Shown piece after piece: positions 27,001-41,836 of a stretch of 64,000 nucleotides of DNA. Within the stretch, counting starts at the first letter, position 1; each line of letters begins with the position of its first letter. Under the pieces are notes generated by a model. That model saw only the letters and a program-made list of their open reading frames with translations, ran no database searches and had not been told where the DNA came from. The translations under genes and the position numbers were made by a program. This stretch comes from Eledone cirrhosa (Eukaryota). The stretch covers positions 10,850,001 to 10,914,000 of the forward strand of contig OZ024762.1 of the NCBI GenBank assembly GCA_964016885.1, read 5' to 3'.

Positions 27001-30000
27001 CCTTAAAATGGGTCTTGTCCCCACATCACAGTAGTTTGGCCATGTTATAGCTCAGCACTGCATTAAAAGGGGTCTTGTCCCCACATCACAGTAGTTTGGC
27101 CATGTTATAGCTCAGCACTGCCTTAAAATGGGTCTTGTCCCCACATCACAGTAGTTTGGCCATGTTATAGCTCAGCACTGCCTTAAAATGGGTCTTGTCC
27201 CCACATCACAGTAGTTTGGCCATGTTATAGCTCAGCACTGCATTAAAAGGGGTCTTGTCCCCACATCACAGTAGTTTGGCCATGTTATAGCTCAGCACTG
27301 CCTTAAAATGGGTCTTGTCCCCACATCACAGTAGTTTGGCCATGTTATAGCTCAGCACTGCCTTAAAATGGGTCTTGTCCCCACATCACAGTAGTTTGGC
27401 CATGTTATAGCTCAGCACTGCATTAAAAGGGGTCTTGTCCCCACATCACAGTAGTTTGGCCATGTTATAGCTCAGCACTGCCTTAAAATGGGTCTTGTCC
27501 CCACATCACAGTAGTTTGGCCATGTTATAGCTCAGCACTGCATTAAAAGGGGTCTTGTCCCCACATCACAGTAGTTTGGCCATGTTATAGCTCAGCACTG
27601 CCTTAAAATGGGTCTTGTCCCCACATCACAGTAGTTTGGCCATGTTATAGCTCAGCACTGCATTAAAAGGGGTCTTGTCCCCACATCACAGTAGTTTGGC
27701 CATGTTATAGCTCAGCACTGCATTAAAAGGGGTCTTGTCCCCACATCACAGTAGTTTGGCCATGTTATAGCTCAGCACTGCCTTAAAATGGGTCTTGTCC
27801 CCACATCACAGTAGTTTGGCCATGTTATAGCTCAGCACTGCCTTAAAATGGGTCTTGTCCCCACATCACAGTAGTTTGGCCATGTTATAGCTCAGCACTG
27901 CCTTAAAATGGGTCTTGTCCCCACATCACAGTAGTTTGGCCATGTTATAGCTCAGCACTGCATTAAAAGGGGTCTTGTCCCCACATCACAGTAGTTTGGC
28001 CATGTTATAGCTCAGCACTGCCTTAAAATGGGTCTTGTCCCCACATCACAGTAGTTTGGCCATGTTATAGCTCAGCACTGCATTAAAAGGGGTCTTGTCC
28101 CCACATCACAGTAGTTTGGCCATGTTATAGCTCAGCACTGCCTTAAAATGGGTCTTGTCCCCACATCACAGTAGTTTGGCCATGTTATAGCTCAGCACTG
28201 CCTTAAAATGGGTCTTGTCCCCACATCACAGTAGTTTGGCCATGTTATAGCTCAGCACTGCCTTAAAATGGGTCTTGTCCCCACATCACAGTAGTTTGGC
28301 CATGTTATAGCTCAGCACTGCATTAAAAGGGGTCTTGTCCCCACATCACAGTAGTTTGGCCATGTTATAGCTCAGCACTGCCTTACAAGGGTATCCATAG
28401 TTGAGGCAAGATGTTGTAAGGGGTGTCATGATCACATTAGTATTGTGGCCATTTTGCAGCTCACCATTGGCTTATAAAGGTATATATAGTCAAGAGATTA
28501 TGTTGAAAGAGGTTTTATGATCACATTACAGTACTGTGGCCATGTTATAGCTCATCACTGCTTTAAAAGGAGATTATGTTGTGATCACATGACAATATTG
28601 TGGTTATGGTATAGCACAGCCCTACCTTAAAAGGAGTGTTATGATCACATGACAGGATGGTGGCCATGGTATAGCTCAGCCCTGCCTTAAAAGGAGTGTT
28701 ATGATCACATGACAGCATTGTGGCCATATTTAGGTCAGCCCTGCCTTACGTTGAAAGGGTGGCTCAGTACTGCCTTACAAAGGTTATCTGTAGTCAATAC
28801 ATTATGTTGAAAGCGAGTGTTAAGATCACATCACAATAGTGTAGACATATAGCTAGCCCTGTCCCTACAAGGGGTGTTAACATCACATCACAGTGTGGAC
28901 AGATAGCTAGCCCTGCCCCTACAAGGGGTGTTAACATCACATCAGTGTGGACAGATAGCTAGCCCTGCCCCTACAAGGGGTGTTAAGATCACATCACAAT
29001 AGTGTAGACATATAGCTAGCCCTGTCTCTACAAGGGGTGTTAACATCACATCAGTGTGGACAGATAGCTAGCCCTGCCTCTACAAGGGGTGTTAACATCA
29101 CATCAGTGTGGACAGATAGCTAGCCCTGCCCCTACAAGGGGTGTTAACATCACATCAGTGTGGACAGATAGCTAGCCCTGCCCTACAAGGGGTGTTAACA
29201 TCAAATCACAGTGTGGACATATTGCTTAGCCTTGCCCTTACAAAGGGTGTTATGATCACGACAGTATTGTAGCCATATCATAGCTTAGCTAGCCCTGCCT
29301 TAAAAGAGGTGCTATGCTATGATCACATGACAGTATTGTGGCCATGTTATAGTTCAGCCCTGCCTTACAAAGGAATCTATAGTCAATCGTAGTGACCTCA
29401 CTACTTCTGAAGTAGGCACTTATTTTAGCAACCTCTTAACGATGAAAGGAAGTCAACCTGGGACACACACACACGATATATAGGGGCGCGTGTATACTAT
29501 ATATATATTCACACATAGAATGTATGACACATACGTACGTAGTTAATATAAGACGCATACGTACGTACGTATATATGCATACAGATAAACACGCACAAAT
29601 CGAAAACCTGTATAAAACATACATTACGGGAGCTAATACAACATGAAAAATAATGTTTGCGGCGATGTGGGAGGGGAAATAAAATATATAAGGCCATAGA
29701 AAATCCACAAGAAACCTGTGGGCTAAAAATAATAAAAAGTATATAAATAGGAAAGGATTTGTAGCGTGTATGTGTGTGTGTATATATACACAGGGTGTAC
29801 CAAAAAATGTTGTCACACTTCAACAGCACTCTAATAAATATCGCCTTTACAGGTAATCAAAGTGTGTATACATTTTTTGGGGAACACCCCGTATATTTGT
29901 ATAGATATTACCGATCATAGTTGCTATTTGAAAAAAAAAAGCAAAAAAAAACAAGTTGCTTAAGATTTTTAAGGCGATTTAACTGTTTTATGTTAAAGTA

Positions 30001-33000
30001 AAGATATTGCCCTGTACACTATATATACACATACATACACACAGGCGTACATGCATATATAGTAACACAGAATCGTAAGCAGACAAAATTTTAGGTAGAG
30101 AAAAAGGCAAGCGATTTGAGGGCGTTTATCGCCTGTTCAATCGGTTGTTTGTTATATACAGACATGTATATAGATCTATAATATATAAAAACATGACACA
30201 TTTACACATTTACAAGAGCCGAATAGTTGCCTGAATCGGTTCGGCCGCCTTCCTTTTAAAATATAAAATAAAATAAAGTCTTAGCTTGTTACTTTTTTGA
30301 GTTGTTTGAAAGAGAAAATTATTTTTTGCTCATGTTGCCAGCGGCCGCCGTCGAGACGAACATTTTAGACAAGCCGTACTTTTGGGAGGGCCTGTTTGTT
30401 ACTGTTGCGGTTTTGTTTACCCACCTAAGCAATGCAGCAACCAGCTACTACCAGTGGGGATCGAACACGGGCCGACAAAGAGACCGGCGGCAGTGTGAAA
30501 AGCCAGCTACTACACAACAAACCAGCATGATGGTAAGAAGACGAAACATTTAACTCCTCTTGTTCAGAGAAGTTAAAGAAGAAGAGAAGACAGGCAGCGC
30601 CACCTAGTGGCAAGAAGTTGCCATGACATTTTAATGGGAATAACAAATAAAAATAAGGGAGTTATCCCCCGAAAAAAGAGTTATTTCCCCTGTTTTTTTT
30701 TCTGGGGCTTTTAAGTCAACACGTCGGTGGTGGTGAGAAGGGGGGGAGAGAGAGAGAGAGAGGGGGAGGGAGAGAAAGAGAGAGCTTAATTAGTGTATTT
30801 TTACATTATTTGCCATCTAATAATTATCTCTCCATATATAAGAAACTATCATAATTACTATTATTGTTGTTTATTAATATAATTGTTGGTGTTTGTGCAG
30901 ACACCGCTTTATTTTTGCTTGCCAGTATACATATTCCTAGTATTAAAGTTCGATTTGTCTCAAGCCATGACAGTAAACGCCATTAAAATATTAGGTTAGA
31001 CGGAGATATATAACACACTGTCTTTTAGAAATATCCTTCGTGCTTTAGTCTACTACCACCACCATCTCCACTAGCATCACGATCACCATTACCACCGCCA
31101 CCGTTTATAGGGGTTTGACTAAATATGGGCAGTTGTTTCGAGAAAGACAGTCTTTGCTTAGCATGAGCTCAGCCTTGATTGGACCGATATATGAAGAAAG
31201 GCACGGGTTTTAGTGGTTAGGGCAGTAGTTATTTACCTTTATATATCTATGGCATCCCTTGATTCTAGTTTTAACCAACCCATAGTCATAACACAGTGTG
31301 ATGTGTGTGGTGTGTACATAACACAAGACTAATACACTCATGCCATTAAGCTAGCGTTGTTCACAGTACATATCTCTATATTAAAACACACCCAAACACA
31401 GATAAAGGTCACCAACAGAATAAACAATTTAAATAACAATAATTTCTAACATATGCACAATGTTTAGCGATTTCGAGGGTGACAGGGGAGTGCCGATTAC
31501 ATCGATACCAATAGGCGACTGGTACTGTATATTATCGCTCCCAAAAGTTGACACTTCGCGGGATTTGCACTCTGAACGTAAAGGGCAAAAAAAAATCTAA
31601 ATACAACGAGACAAGAGACATTTTACCTTACTTCAGACCTGTCAACTGTCCCCGTCCGACGGGGAGATCTCCCACCCACTTTAGGTTGGGTGAGACGACC
31701 TCCCTCGTGAAAATGGCTATAGCCTTCATTGTGTAAAATCTCCCCAAATTTTGCCTCCTTTCTCCCTCGTTTGGGTTTTTAGAGGTTGGCAGGTCTGTTA
31801 CTTTCTAATGAATTTGGTTTCTGATTTAGGCACGAGGCCAACAGTTACCCAGTGCATTACTGGTACTTTATTTTATCGACCCCGTAAGGATGAAAGGCAA
31901 AGTCAACCTCGGCGGGATTTGAACTCAGATCGTAAAGGGACAATACTATGTTGGAAAGCATGGCGTCCGACCCTCTACCGATACTGCCAATCCACTAATA
32001 ATAATGGTTTCTGATTTAGGCACAAGGCCAACAATTTTGGGGTGAAGGGAAAGTCGATTAAATCGACCCCAGTGGTACTTTATTTTATCGACCCCGTAAG
32101 AATGAAAGCAAAGCTAACCCATACGTGATTTGAACTCAATGCAAAAAGAAGGAACTATATGCTGCAAAGCATGGTGTCTGACGCTCTACCAATTCTGCCA
32201 AATCCACCACCCTCCTCCTCCTAATAATAATTGTTTCTATTTTTAGCACAAAGCCAGCATTGTTTGCTTGGGGGTGGAGAGGGAGTCTATCAACACTAGG
32301 ATAATAGACCAAGTCGACCTTGGCGGAATTTGAATAATAATAAAAAACATTTTTTTTATTTTTAACTACAAAGATTTATATAAACACTGAGGACAGTACA
32401 TAACAATACAATGGAGGTTTGTATGGGAAATTTGAAAAAAAAATAAAATGACGAAAACAAAAACAAAATGTGTAACAATCAAATAAAAAGGAAGAAAATT
32501 TCCTAGTATTGCAAACTTCCAAGGCAAAGCATAGAAATTTCCACAAAATTTCCCAATATTTCACAGATTTCCATGGCAAATCATTGAAAATTACACATTT
32601 TCTAGTATTACAGAAAACTTCCAAGGCAAAGAATGGAACATTTCACAGTATTGCAGAGATTTCTAAGGTAAAGAATGGAAAATTCCACAAAAAGCTATGG
32701 TCACCCTTTCTCCCAGCAGAGTGAACTTCACAATGGACTTAGCTGATACCTGGATCCATTACACACAATAACAAATGATGTAAGGATATGATATACATGT
32801 AAGTGGGTGGTGGTATTGAAGAGTTCTCCGACCCTCAGACCATTTCAAATGTATATATGTAAGGATATGATATACATGTGATCCATTGAGGGTTCTGTTT
32901 GACTCAGATATTTTCAAATGTTTATATATAAGATATAATATACAAGTGGGTCATTGAGGTATTCTCTGTGGGCCTCAGTCCTTTTCAAATGTTTACTTGT

Positions 33001-34746
33001 AAGATACGATACACAGATGAATCAAAGACAAAAGTGAAAAATTGAAAAGTGGGTCATACAGTTTCTAATCCCTGGCATAAATAAACAAATACAACAAAAT
33101 TGTTTTTAAATTCAAAAATAAAAAATCTTAAATATTCTTTCTTACCTGTACATCAACAAATCTTACCTGAACCCTAGTTAAATTTCTTTACCTTGTTGAT
33201 GTTACAGCAATGACATTTATCTAGATTATAAAGGATGACATGTGAAAGCACATAGTTTAGTGGTTAGGTTGTTTGGCTCATGATGGTAAGGTGAAGGGCT
33301 CAACTCCCAGTGGTGTGTTGTGTCCTTAAACAAGGCACTTTATTCCACATTGCTCCAGTCCACTCTGTCCTTGAACAAGACACTTTATTCCACATTGTTC
33401 CAGTCCACTCTGTCCTTGAACAAGACACTTTATTCCACATTGTTCCAGTCCACTCTGTCCTTGAACAAGACAATTTATTCCACATTGCTCCAGTCCACAC
33501 TGCTGGCACAAATGAGTTAGTTGTACCTCTAACTCCAATGACCAACTTAGTCGCTCACTGTGTCACGCTGAATCTCCCAGAGAATTACGTTTAGGACACA
33601 CCTCTCTGTAGAATGCTCAGCCACTTCTTAATATCCCGAACAGGCTGTACCATTGATCAAGCAACTGGAACACTTGTCAAAACTGACAGAGGTACAACAA
33701 CAACAAAGGATGATACTTGACTAAGATAATCTAGTCTAGAGATCTTACAAGAGTAGCCCTCATGACAGTAGCATGCAAAGAGGAGGCTGGGGAGTACAAT
33801 GGCCCCTGGTGACGGAGGGTATCAAAATAAAGAGTCACACAGGTTTCTCCATTCAACACAGCGAGAGCACAAACCCCATTCAAAATATGCACCCTATTTT
33901 CGGCCCAAATAAAAATAAAAAATGGCTGAGAAATTTATCAAGTTGAGATTTGATGCTTCTGCTCAGACGAAGTTAGGTATGACATGTATGATTGTGTTCT
34001 GACAAGAAACTACATCTTGGGAACCGGACTTAGCTCAATAAATATAGGTGGTTTTAACCCTTTAGCATTTACATTACTCTATATTTACTATTATATTTTC
34101 ACGGTAAAGGATTTATCTTATATATTTATCTCACATAATATCGAATCTATGAGATTTTGATATTATTTACTTTGAGAACAAAACCTTAACATCAGTATAA
34201 GTGGCTGGTTATAGCCAGTTTGAACAGAAAGAGGTGAGAGAATTCAGGCTGGATATGGCCGGTTTAAATTAACTTGAATGAAGTGTTTATTTCATCCCTA
34301 TTTTAACCCCTTAGCATTTAAACCGGCCGTATCCTGCCAGAATTCTCTCACCCCTTCCTCTTCAAACTCGTGGTAACCGGCTACTCAAACTGACGTTAAG
34401 TTATTGATCTCAAAATAAATATAAAAATCTCGTAGATTTAATATTATGTAAGATAATGCCTTTACCATGAAAATCCAACAGTATATATAGAGTCATCAGT
34501 TAAATATTTTGTAATGTCCTCCTTGCTCACTTTTCCCAGTACTAGGCTCTATACAAGTAAGGATCGATAAAATAGGTACCAAACTAAGATAAAAACTTAG
34601 GGTAGATATAATCATCTAAAACCCCAGAAAAGCAGTGCCCCAGCATGGCCACATCCCAATGACTGAAAGAATAAAAGAATTTAAAATAAACACACAAAGA
34701 TAAAGTTAATATTGTGTAAAACTTTAATTATTCAATAATTAACTTC

Positions 34747-34820
<74 letters not shown>

Positions 34821-37800
34821 TGTGAACGCACGTGGCTTAGTGGTTAGAGAATTGGATTCGCAGTTGTGATGTTATGAGATCAATTCCAGGATCGGTGATG
34901 CGTTATGTCCTTGAGCAAGACACTTTATTTCACTCTGCTCCTTCTACCTGGAGTTGCGACCGACAGAGTGTATTAGCAATTGGAAAGACCAATGGAAACA
35001 TTGTTTCCTCGGTCCGATTTGACGAAAGTCGATCGAATGTCGATATATATATATATATATCATCATCATCATCATTTTACGTCCGCTTTTCCCTGCTTGC
35101 AAGGGTGGGACGGGTCTTATTCAGCACAGCATCTCTCCACTCGTCACGGTCCCTCGTCATCTCCACCGTGAGCTTCAATGATCTGAGGTCTGTTCTCACC
35201 ACCTCCGCCCATGTTTTTCGTGGTCTACCTCTACCACGTCTTCCTTCAACTGGCATTTCCTGGCACTTCTTCACCCATCGGTCATCCTCCATGCGCATCA
35301 CATGTCCATACCACCTCAGTCTCCTCTCCCGTACACTACATTCTATCCCTCTCAGACACAGTTTCTCTCTCAACACATTTATGCTGGGTCGTTCACGCAC
35401 ATTTACACTGCACATCCAACGGAGCATGCTTGCCTCATTTCTCTCCAGCCGTCGCATATCCTCTGCGGTTGCTGCCCATGTCTCACTACCATGCAACATC
35501 GCGCTCCTCACACAGGCATCATACAACCGGCCTTTCGTACGCAGGGAGAAACCCTTCTTCGTCAACAGAGGAAGCAGCTCCCTAAATATGTATAAGGAAT
35601 TAGTATTGGTGCTCTGAAATAGTGATGTATATATAAATGTATGTGTAGTATACTTGATAATACACTGTATATCTATTTTTAAATATTATGAAGACCATTC
35701 GCTATGAATTTTAAAGTAGTGACTACGTCAAATACTTAGTCTCAGCCAAGAGCCAGGTGGTAGTGTTAAACAGAGTGGACTCTACTTGACACTGTCAGGC
35801 AGTCATGTTAAGCCAGGTGACAGATAGTTAGCCCAAACTGTTTATTGAAAAGAAAAGAAAAGAAAAACTAAAAAAAAAACAGGAAAGCTGAAAAAATATA
35901 GAGTTTAGGTATTTTTTACAAACCTTGACATCTGGAGGTAATGTTTGGACATTGGAAGATTGCACCAGCTTTTGGAAGCCATCATAAAACAAGACTTCAT
36001 AACCAACTGAAAAATTACAGAAAATACAGAAGTGATAAGATGGATGTACTGAAAAGAATTTGGTCATATTTAAAACATTCAATGGATAATATGAGGCGTA
36101 TGGCTGAGTGGTTAGAGAATTGGATTCACAATCTTGAGGTTGTGAGTTCGATTCCTGGACCGAGTGATGCGTTATGTCCTTGAGCAAGACACTTTATTTC
36201 ATGTTGCTCCTTCTACCTGGAGTTGCGACCGATAGATAGTACTAGCAACTGGAAAGACCAATGGAAACATTGTTTCCTCGGTCCGATTTGACGAAAGTCG
36301 ATTGATCCTTTATGGATAATGTCATCATATATGTGTCTGAGTGTTTATATACGATCATATATGTGTCTGAGTGTTTATATACGATCATGTTGTGGGTTCG
36401 ATTGATGGACTGGGTTGCACGTTGTGTTCTTGAGTAAAACACACTCAGCCGCTACACACCATGGAAACCGAAATAAGCACCAACATGGTAAGCCCCTGGG
36501 CTTGAAACAGACTTTAATCCTGCGATGGACTGGTGTCCTGTCCAGGGAGAGTCTTGTACTCTCAATCGCTTCATGCCACAGAAACCAGGATAAGTACTAG
36601 CTTAATGAGGCCCCTGCCCTGTACTCAAGACTGACTAACTTTTAACCATAACATACCCAATGACTGATGCATCATCATCATCATCATCACCATCATCATC
36701 ATTTAACGTCCATCTTCCACGCTAGCATGGGTTACACGGTTTTGTTCCATTTGATGCGGGAATGGTCGGAAGACCATGACTTGCTCGCACGGAAATGTCT
36801 CTGGTAGGTTTTTTACAGCTGGATGCCCTTCCTAACACCAACCACGTTTACAGTGTGGACTGGGAACCTTTTCACTGTGTCCCCTACACAGCCACCTTAC
36901 AGTGTCATCATCATCATCATCATCATCAACGTTTAACGTCCGTGTTCCACGCTTGCATGGGTTTGGACGGGGGTAGTCCCACTTGAGGCAAGAGTGATTG
37001 TCTTGCTCGCATAGGACTGTCTGGCGGGTTTTCTACAGTTGGATGCCCTTCCTAACACCAACCACATTTACAGTGTGGGTCTGGGAGGTTTTTACCGTGT
37101 TGCCTACACGGCCACATTACAGCGTGGACTGTGATACTCATTAATTGCTACAAAGGCAAAGGTGATGCTCTAGAGGTGAGCAACTACAGGGAATAAAACT
37201 AATGGATCAAGTTATAAAAATGAAGCAAAGAAAGGAAGGAGCACCGCAGATGCTCTCTCTTCCTAAAGAGATAACATGATAAACACACACAGTACACTCT
37301 GTGAAGTGGTTGGTGATAGGAAGGGCTTTCAGCCACAGAAACCATGACAAACTTTATAGTGCTGGTGCCACGATAAAATGTACTTGGTACAGCACAGGAA
37401 CGCATGTGAGAACTGCCCCACCCCACCCCCAGCCCTTCTCAGAGGTCAGTAGCTCCATTTGAGTAGTAACTTAGACTGTGATAGAGAGTTGAAGACCTGG
37501 TCAAACTTTGCTAGTAGGGAAAATGGATGTTAAATGATGATAGTGACGAAGATGATGACAATAATTGTTTCTACTTTCGGCACAAGGCCAGCAATTATCC
37601 CAGTGCATTACTGGTACTTTAATTTATCCACCCCGTGAGGATGAAGGGCTAAGTTAACCTCGGCGGGATTTGAACTCAAACTGGAAAGGGACGTAACTCT
37701 ATGCTGGAAAGCATGGTGCCTGACTCTCTACCGATACTGCCAATCCATCGCCCTTGCTGATGATGATGATGATGATGATGATAATAATAATGATGACAAC

Positions 37801-40757
37801 AACGATGATGGTGACAAGATGATAATGATAGTGACAATGGTGGAAACAATGATGACAATGATGAAGGTGACAACGATAATAAATAATAATTTATGATGAC
37901 AACGATAATAAATAATAATGAAATTATTGTGTACAGTGCTCAGGTGCACTACAACTCATCAAATGTGCATGTATGGTACATAGAATAATATACAAATGTC
38001 AGGGAAGTGAACAGTGTATGAGTCATGATATATATAGACACACATATATACACACACATGTGAGTGTGTATGGAGGGGGAATATCAGGTGTAGTGTAATG
38101 ATGATAATGTAACTTACCAGATAACTTCACAGCAACAACTTTAGCTGGGTAGAATTTAGAATCTGACCACTTAGCCAATACATGCTCCCCAACTTTGTAG
38201 GACTGAAAGAGTTAAAATGGAGAAGTGGTTTAGTTCTTGACAGTCGATAATTGAAATGAAAAAAAAAATTGAAATTTATAGCTCACACCTATGTAGGTTT
38301 AGCTGGCCCCTACATGGTGATACTCACAGGATGTTTTAATAGGGACTCCAGTCCTTGCATGTTGGTACAGCTCAAAGAGATTGATAGATAGAGAGAGAGA
38401 AAGAGCAAGAGAGAGAGAGAGTGAGAGAGTAAGCAAGAGGGCTAGAAAGGGAGAGTGAGAGAGAGAACAAGATAGAGAGAGATAGAACAAGATAGAGAGA
38501 GATAGAACAAGATAGACAGAGACAGAACAAGATAGAGAGAACAAGATAGAGAGATAGAGAGAGAGAGAACAAGATAGATAGATAGAGAGAGATAGAACAA
38601 GATAGATAGATAGAGAGAGAGAAATAGAACAAGATAGACAGAGACAGAACAAGATAGAGAGATAGAGAGAACAAGATATATAGAGAGAGAGAACAAGATA
38701 GAGAGAGAACAAGATAGAGAGAGAAAAAGATAGAGAGAGAGAAAGAACAAGATAGAGAGAGAAAGAACAAGATAGAGAGAACAAGATAGAGAGTGATATA
38801 GAGAACAAGATAGAGAGATAGAGAACAAGATAGAGAGAGAGAGAACAAGATAGAGAGAGAGAAAGAACAAGATAAAGAGAGAGAGAACAAGATAGAGAGT
38901 GATATAGAGAACAAGATAGAGAGAGAGAGTGATATAGAGAACAAGATAGAGAGAGAGAGAAAGAACAAGATAGAGAACAAGATAGAGAGATAGAGAACAA
39001 GATAGAGAGAGAGAGAGAGAACAAGATAGAGAGATAGAGAGAGATAGATAGAACAAGATAGAGAGATAGAGAGAGAGAGAACAAGATAGAGAGAGAGAGA
39101 ACAAGAGAGAGAGAGAGAGAGAACAAGAGAGAGAGAGAGAGAGAACAAGAGAGAGAGAGAGAGAGAACAAGAGAGAGAGAGAGAGAGAACAAGAGAGAGA
39201 GATAGAAAGAGCAAGATAGAGAGTGAGAGAGAAATACTTACAGTCATTTGCCTCTTTTTTTCCTTCCTCTCCGAACGTCGAGTTGCCGGCCTCAGACGTT
39301 CACATTTCATGTCCACCCATTCATCGTACCGTTGGTTCCAACCTTCAAAGTGGATTAAAACTTGCAATTTCTCTTCTTGAATACTCACAATTTTGGCAGG
39401 ATACCTGTAATAGGGTGGGACATTATATATATATAATGTGTAGGCAACACGGTAAAAACCTCCCAGTCCCACACTGTAAATGTGGTTGGTGTTAGGAAGG
39501 GCATCCAGCTGTAGAAAACCCGCCAGACAGTCCACGCTGTAATGTGGCCGTGTAGGCAACACGGTAAAAACCTCCCAGTCCCACACTGTAAATGTGGTTG
39601 GTGTTAGGAAGGGCATCCAGCTGTAGAAAACACGCCAGACAGTCCACGCTGTAATGTGGCCGTGTAGGCAACACGGTAAAAACCTCCCAGTCCCACACTG
39701 TAAATGTGGTTGGTGTTAGGAAGGGCATCCAGCTGTAGAAAACACGCCAGACAGTCCACGCTGTAATGTGGCCGTGTAAGCAACACGGTAAAAACCTCCC
39801 AGTCCCACACTGTAAATGTGGTTGGTGTTAGGAAGGGCATCCAGCTGTAAAAAACCCGCCAGACAGTCCACGCTGTAATGTGGCCGTGTAGGCAACACGG
39901 TAAAAACCTCCCAGTCCCACACTGTAAATGTGGTTGGTGTTAGGAAGGGCATCCAGCTGTAAAAAACCCGCCAGACAGTCCACGCTGTAATGTGGCCGTG
40001 TAAGCAACACGGTAAAAACCTCCCAGTCCCACACTGTAAATGTGGTTGGTGTTAGGAAGGGCATCCAGCTGTAAAAAACCCGCCAGACAGTCCACGCTGT
40101 AATGTGGCCGTGTAGGCAACACGGTAAAAACCTCCCAGTCCCACACTGTAAATGTGGTTGGTGTTAGGAAGGGCATCCAGCTGTAAAAAACCCGCCAGAC
40201 AGTCCACGCTGTAATGTGGCCGTGTAAGCAACACGGTAAAAACCTCCCAGTCCCACACTGTAAATGTGGTTGGTGTTAGGAAGGGCATCCAGCTGTAAAA
40301 AACCCGCCAGACAGTCCACGCTGTAATGTGGCCGTGTAGGCAACACGGTAAAAACCTCCCAGTCCCACACTGTAAATGTGGTTGGTGTTAGGAAGGGCAT
40401 CCAGCTGTAAAAAACCCGCCAGACAGTCCACGCTGTAATGTGGCCGTGTAGGCAACACGGTAAAAACCTCCCAGTCCCACACTGTAAATGTGGTTGGTGT
40501 TAGGAAGGGCATCCAGCTGTAGAAAACCCGCCAGACAGTCCTATGCGAGCAAGACAACCACTCTTGCCTCAAGTGGGAAAACTCCCGTCCAAACCCATGC
40601 AAGCGTGGAACATGGACGTTAAACGATGATGATGATGATGATATATATATATATATAAATTAAATAAAAATGGCATAAACTTTACAATACAATGGGAGGA
40701 AACATAATAGTACCACTGATGATGTCGCAGATGTGTGACGAAAGAACTTTGATAGAT

Positions 40758-40788
<31 letters not shown>

Positions 40789-40923
40789 CTGTACTTTTAA
40801 CTGTTGGTCAATCAATGATAAACATTGATTGCCAGATAAATTAACTCTGGAGATATAAAAGATACAGAAGCGAAAACCAACCCAAACCAAACTGTGTTCT
40901 GTTATTATTATTTCTGGCAATAC

Positions 40924-40963
<40 letters not shown>

Positions 40964-41454
40964 ATACATGTAAGCATGTATCTATTAATATAATATGCAG
41001 TGTGTATTTGTCTGTCACACACTAGAGATAACTGAAGATGGAAGGGGTGATTACATCAACTGAGGAAGGAAGGAGTGATTACGACAACTGAGGAAAAAAA
41101 GGGAGGTGAGAAACTATAGAAGTCCAGCATTCTAAGATTAATCACAGCTGTGCGTTTGTATCACTTGTGAGTGAGCACAAAGGAACCAACCAACCAACAC
41201 CTCTTTTTTTTTATATTATATGGATTGACAGTATCGGTAGAGGGTCGGACGCCATGCTTTCCAGCATAGTTACGTCCCTTTACGATCTGAGTTCAAATCC
41301 CGCCGAGGTTGACTTTGCCTTTCATCCTTACGGGGTCGATAAAATAAAGTACCAGTAATGCACTGGGTAATTGCTGGCCTTGTGCCTAAAGTAGAAACAA
41401 TTATCTATAGATATTACAATTAGCCATCATTTCTGACGGCACGGGTCTAGCTAG

Positions 41455-41485
<31 letters not shown>

Positions 41486-41796
41486 CGTTTCTGAAGTTGT
41501 TTAGCAAGATTCTTTATCTGAAAACATGTGTTGAACGTGTTATTGGCAACATGACCCTCCCAAAGTATAACGATATATATATATATATTTAAGAAAATAA
41601 CAGATTAAAGTTTAAGCAAAGAATTGCTGCTTTCCCCCTTAACGGGATCTTCTGAAACTAACAAAGTCAAACGCAGAAGTGAATATTTCAAAAAACGTTG
41701 CAACCGGAGGAAGACAGGAAGACGATACTTTGGTTCGTGGAAACGCTCCCTGGCAAAGAACGGGAAAAAACGAATATAATACGTCATTATTTAGAG

Positions 41797-41836
<40 letters not shown>

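Noticed and set aside
26980-28385. CRISPR-like regularity of the 60-bp, 49-bp and 37-bp arrays
   Set aside because: No unique spacers, no cas genes, eukaryotic intronic or intergenic context.
29400-29740. Three acceptor-like CAG|GTT sites that could give an alternative terminal exon after the Tudor exons
   Set aside because: Exon 5 joins exon 6 in frame without them; the predicted peptides look non-coding and there is no independent support.
41420-41456. Possible Helitron 3' end (hairpin then CTAGT)
   Set aside because: Short imperfect hairpin with no identifiable matching 5' end; too weak to call.
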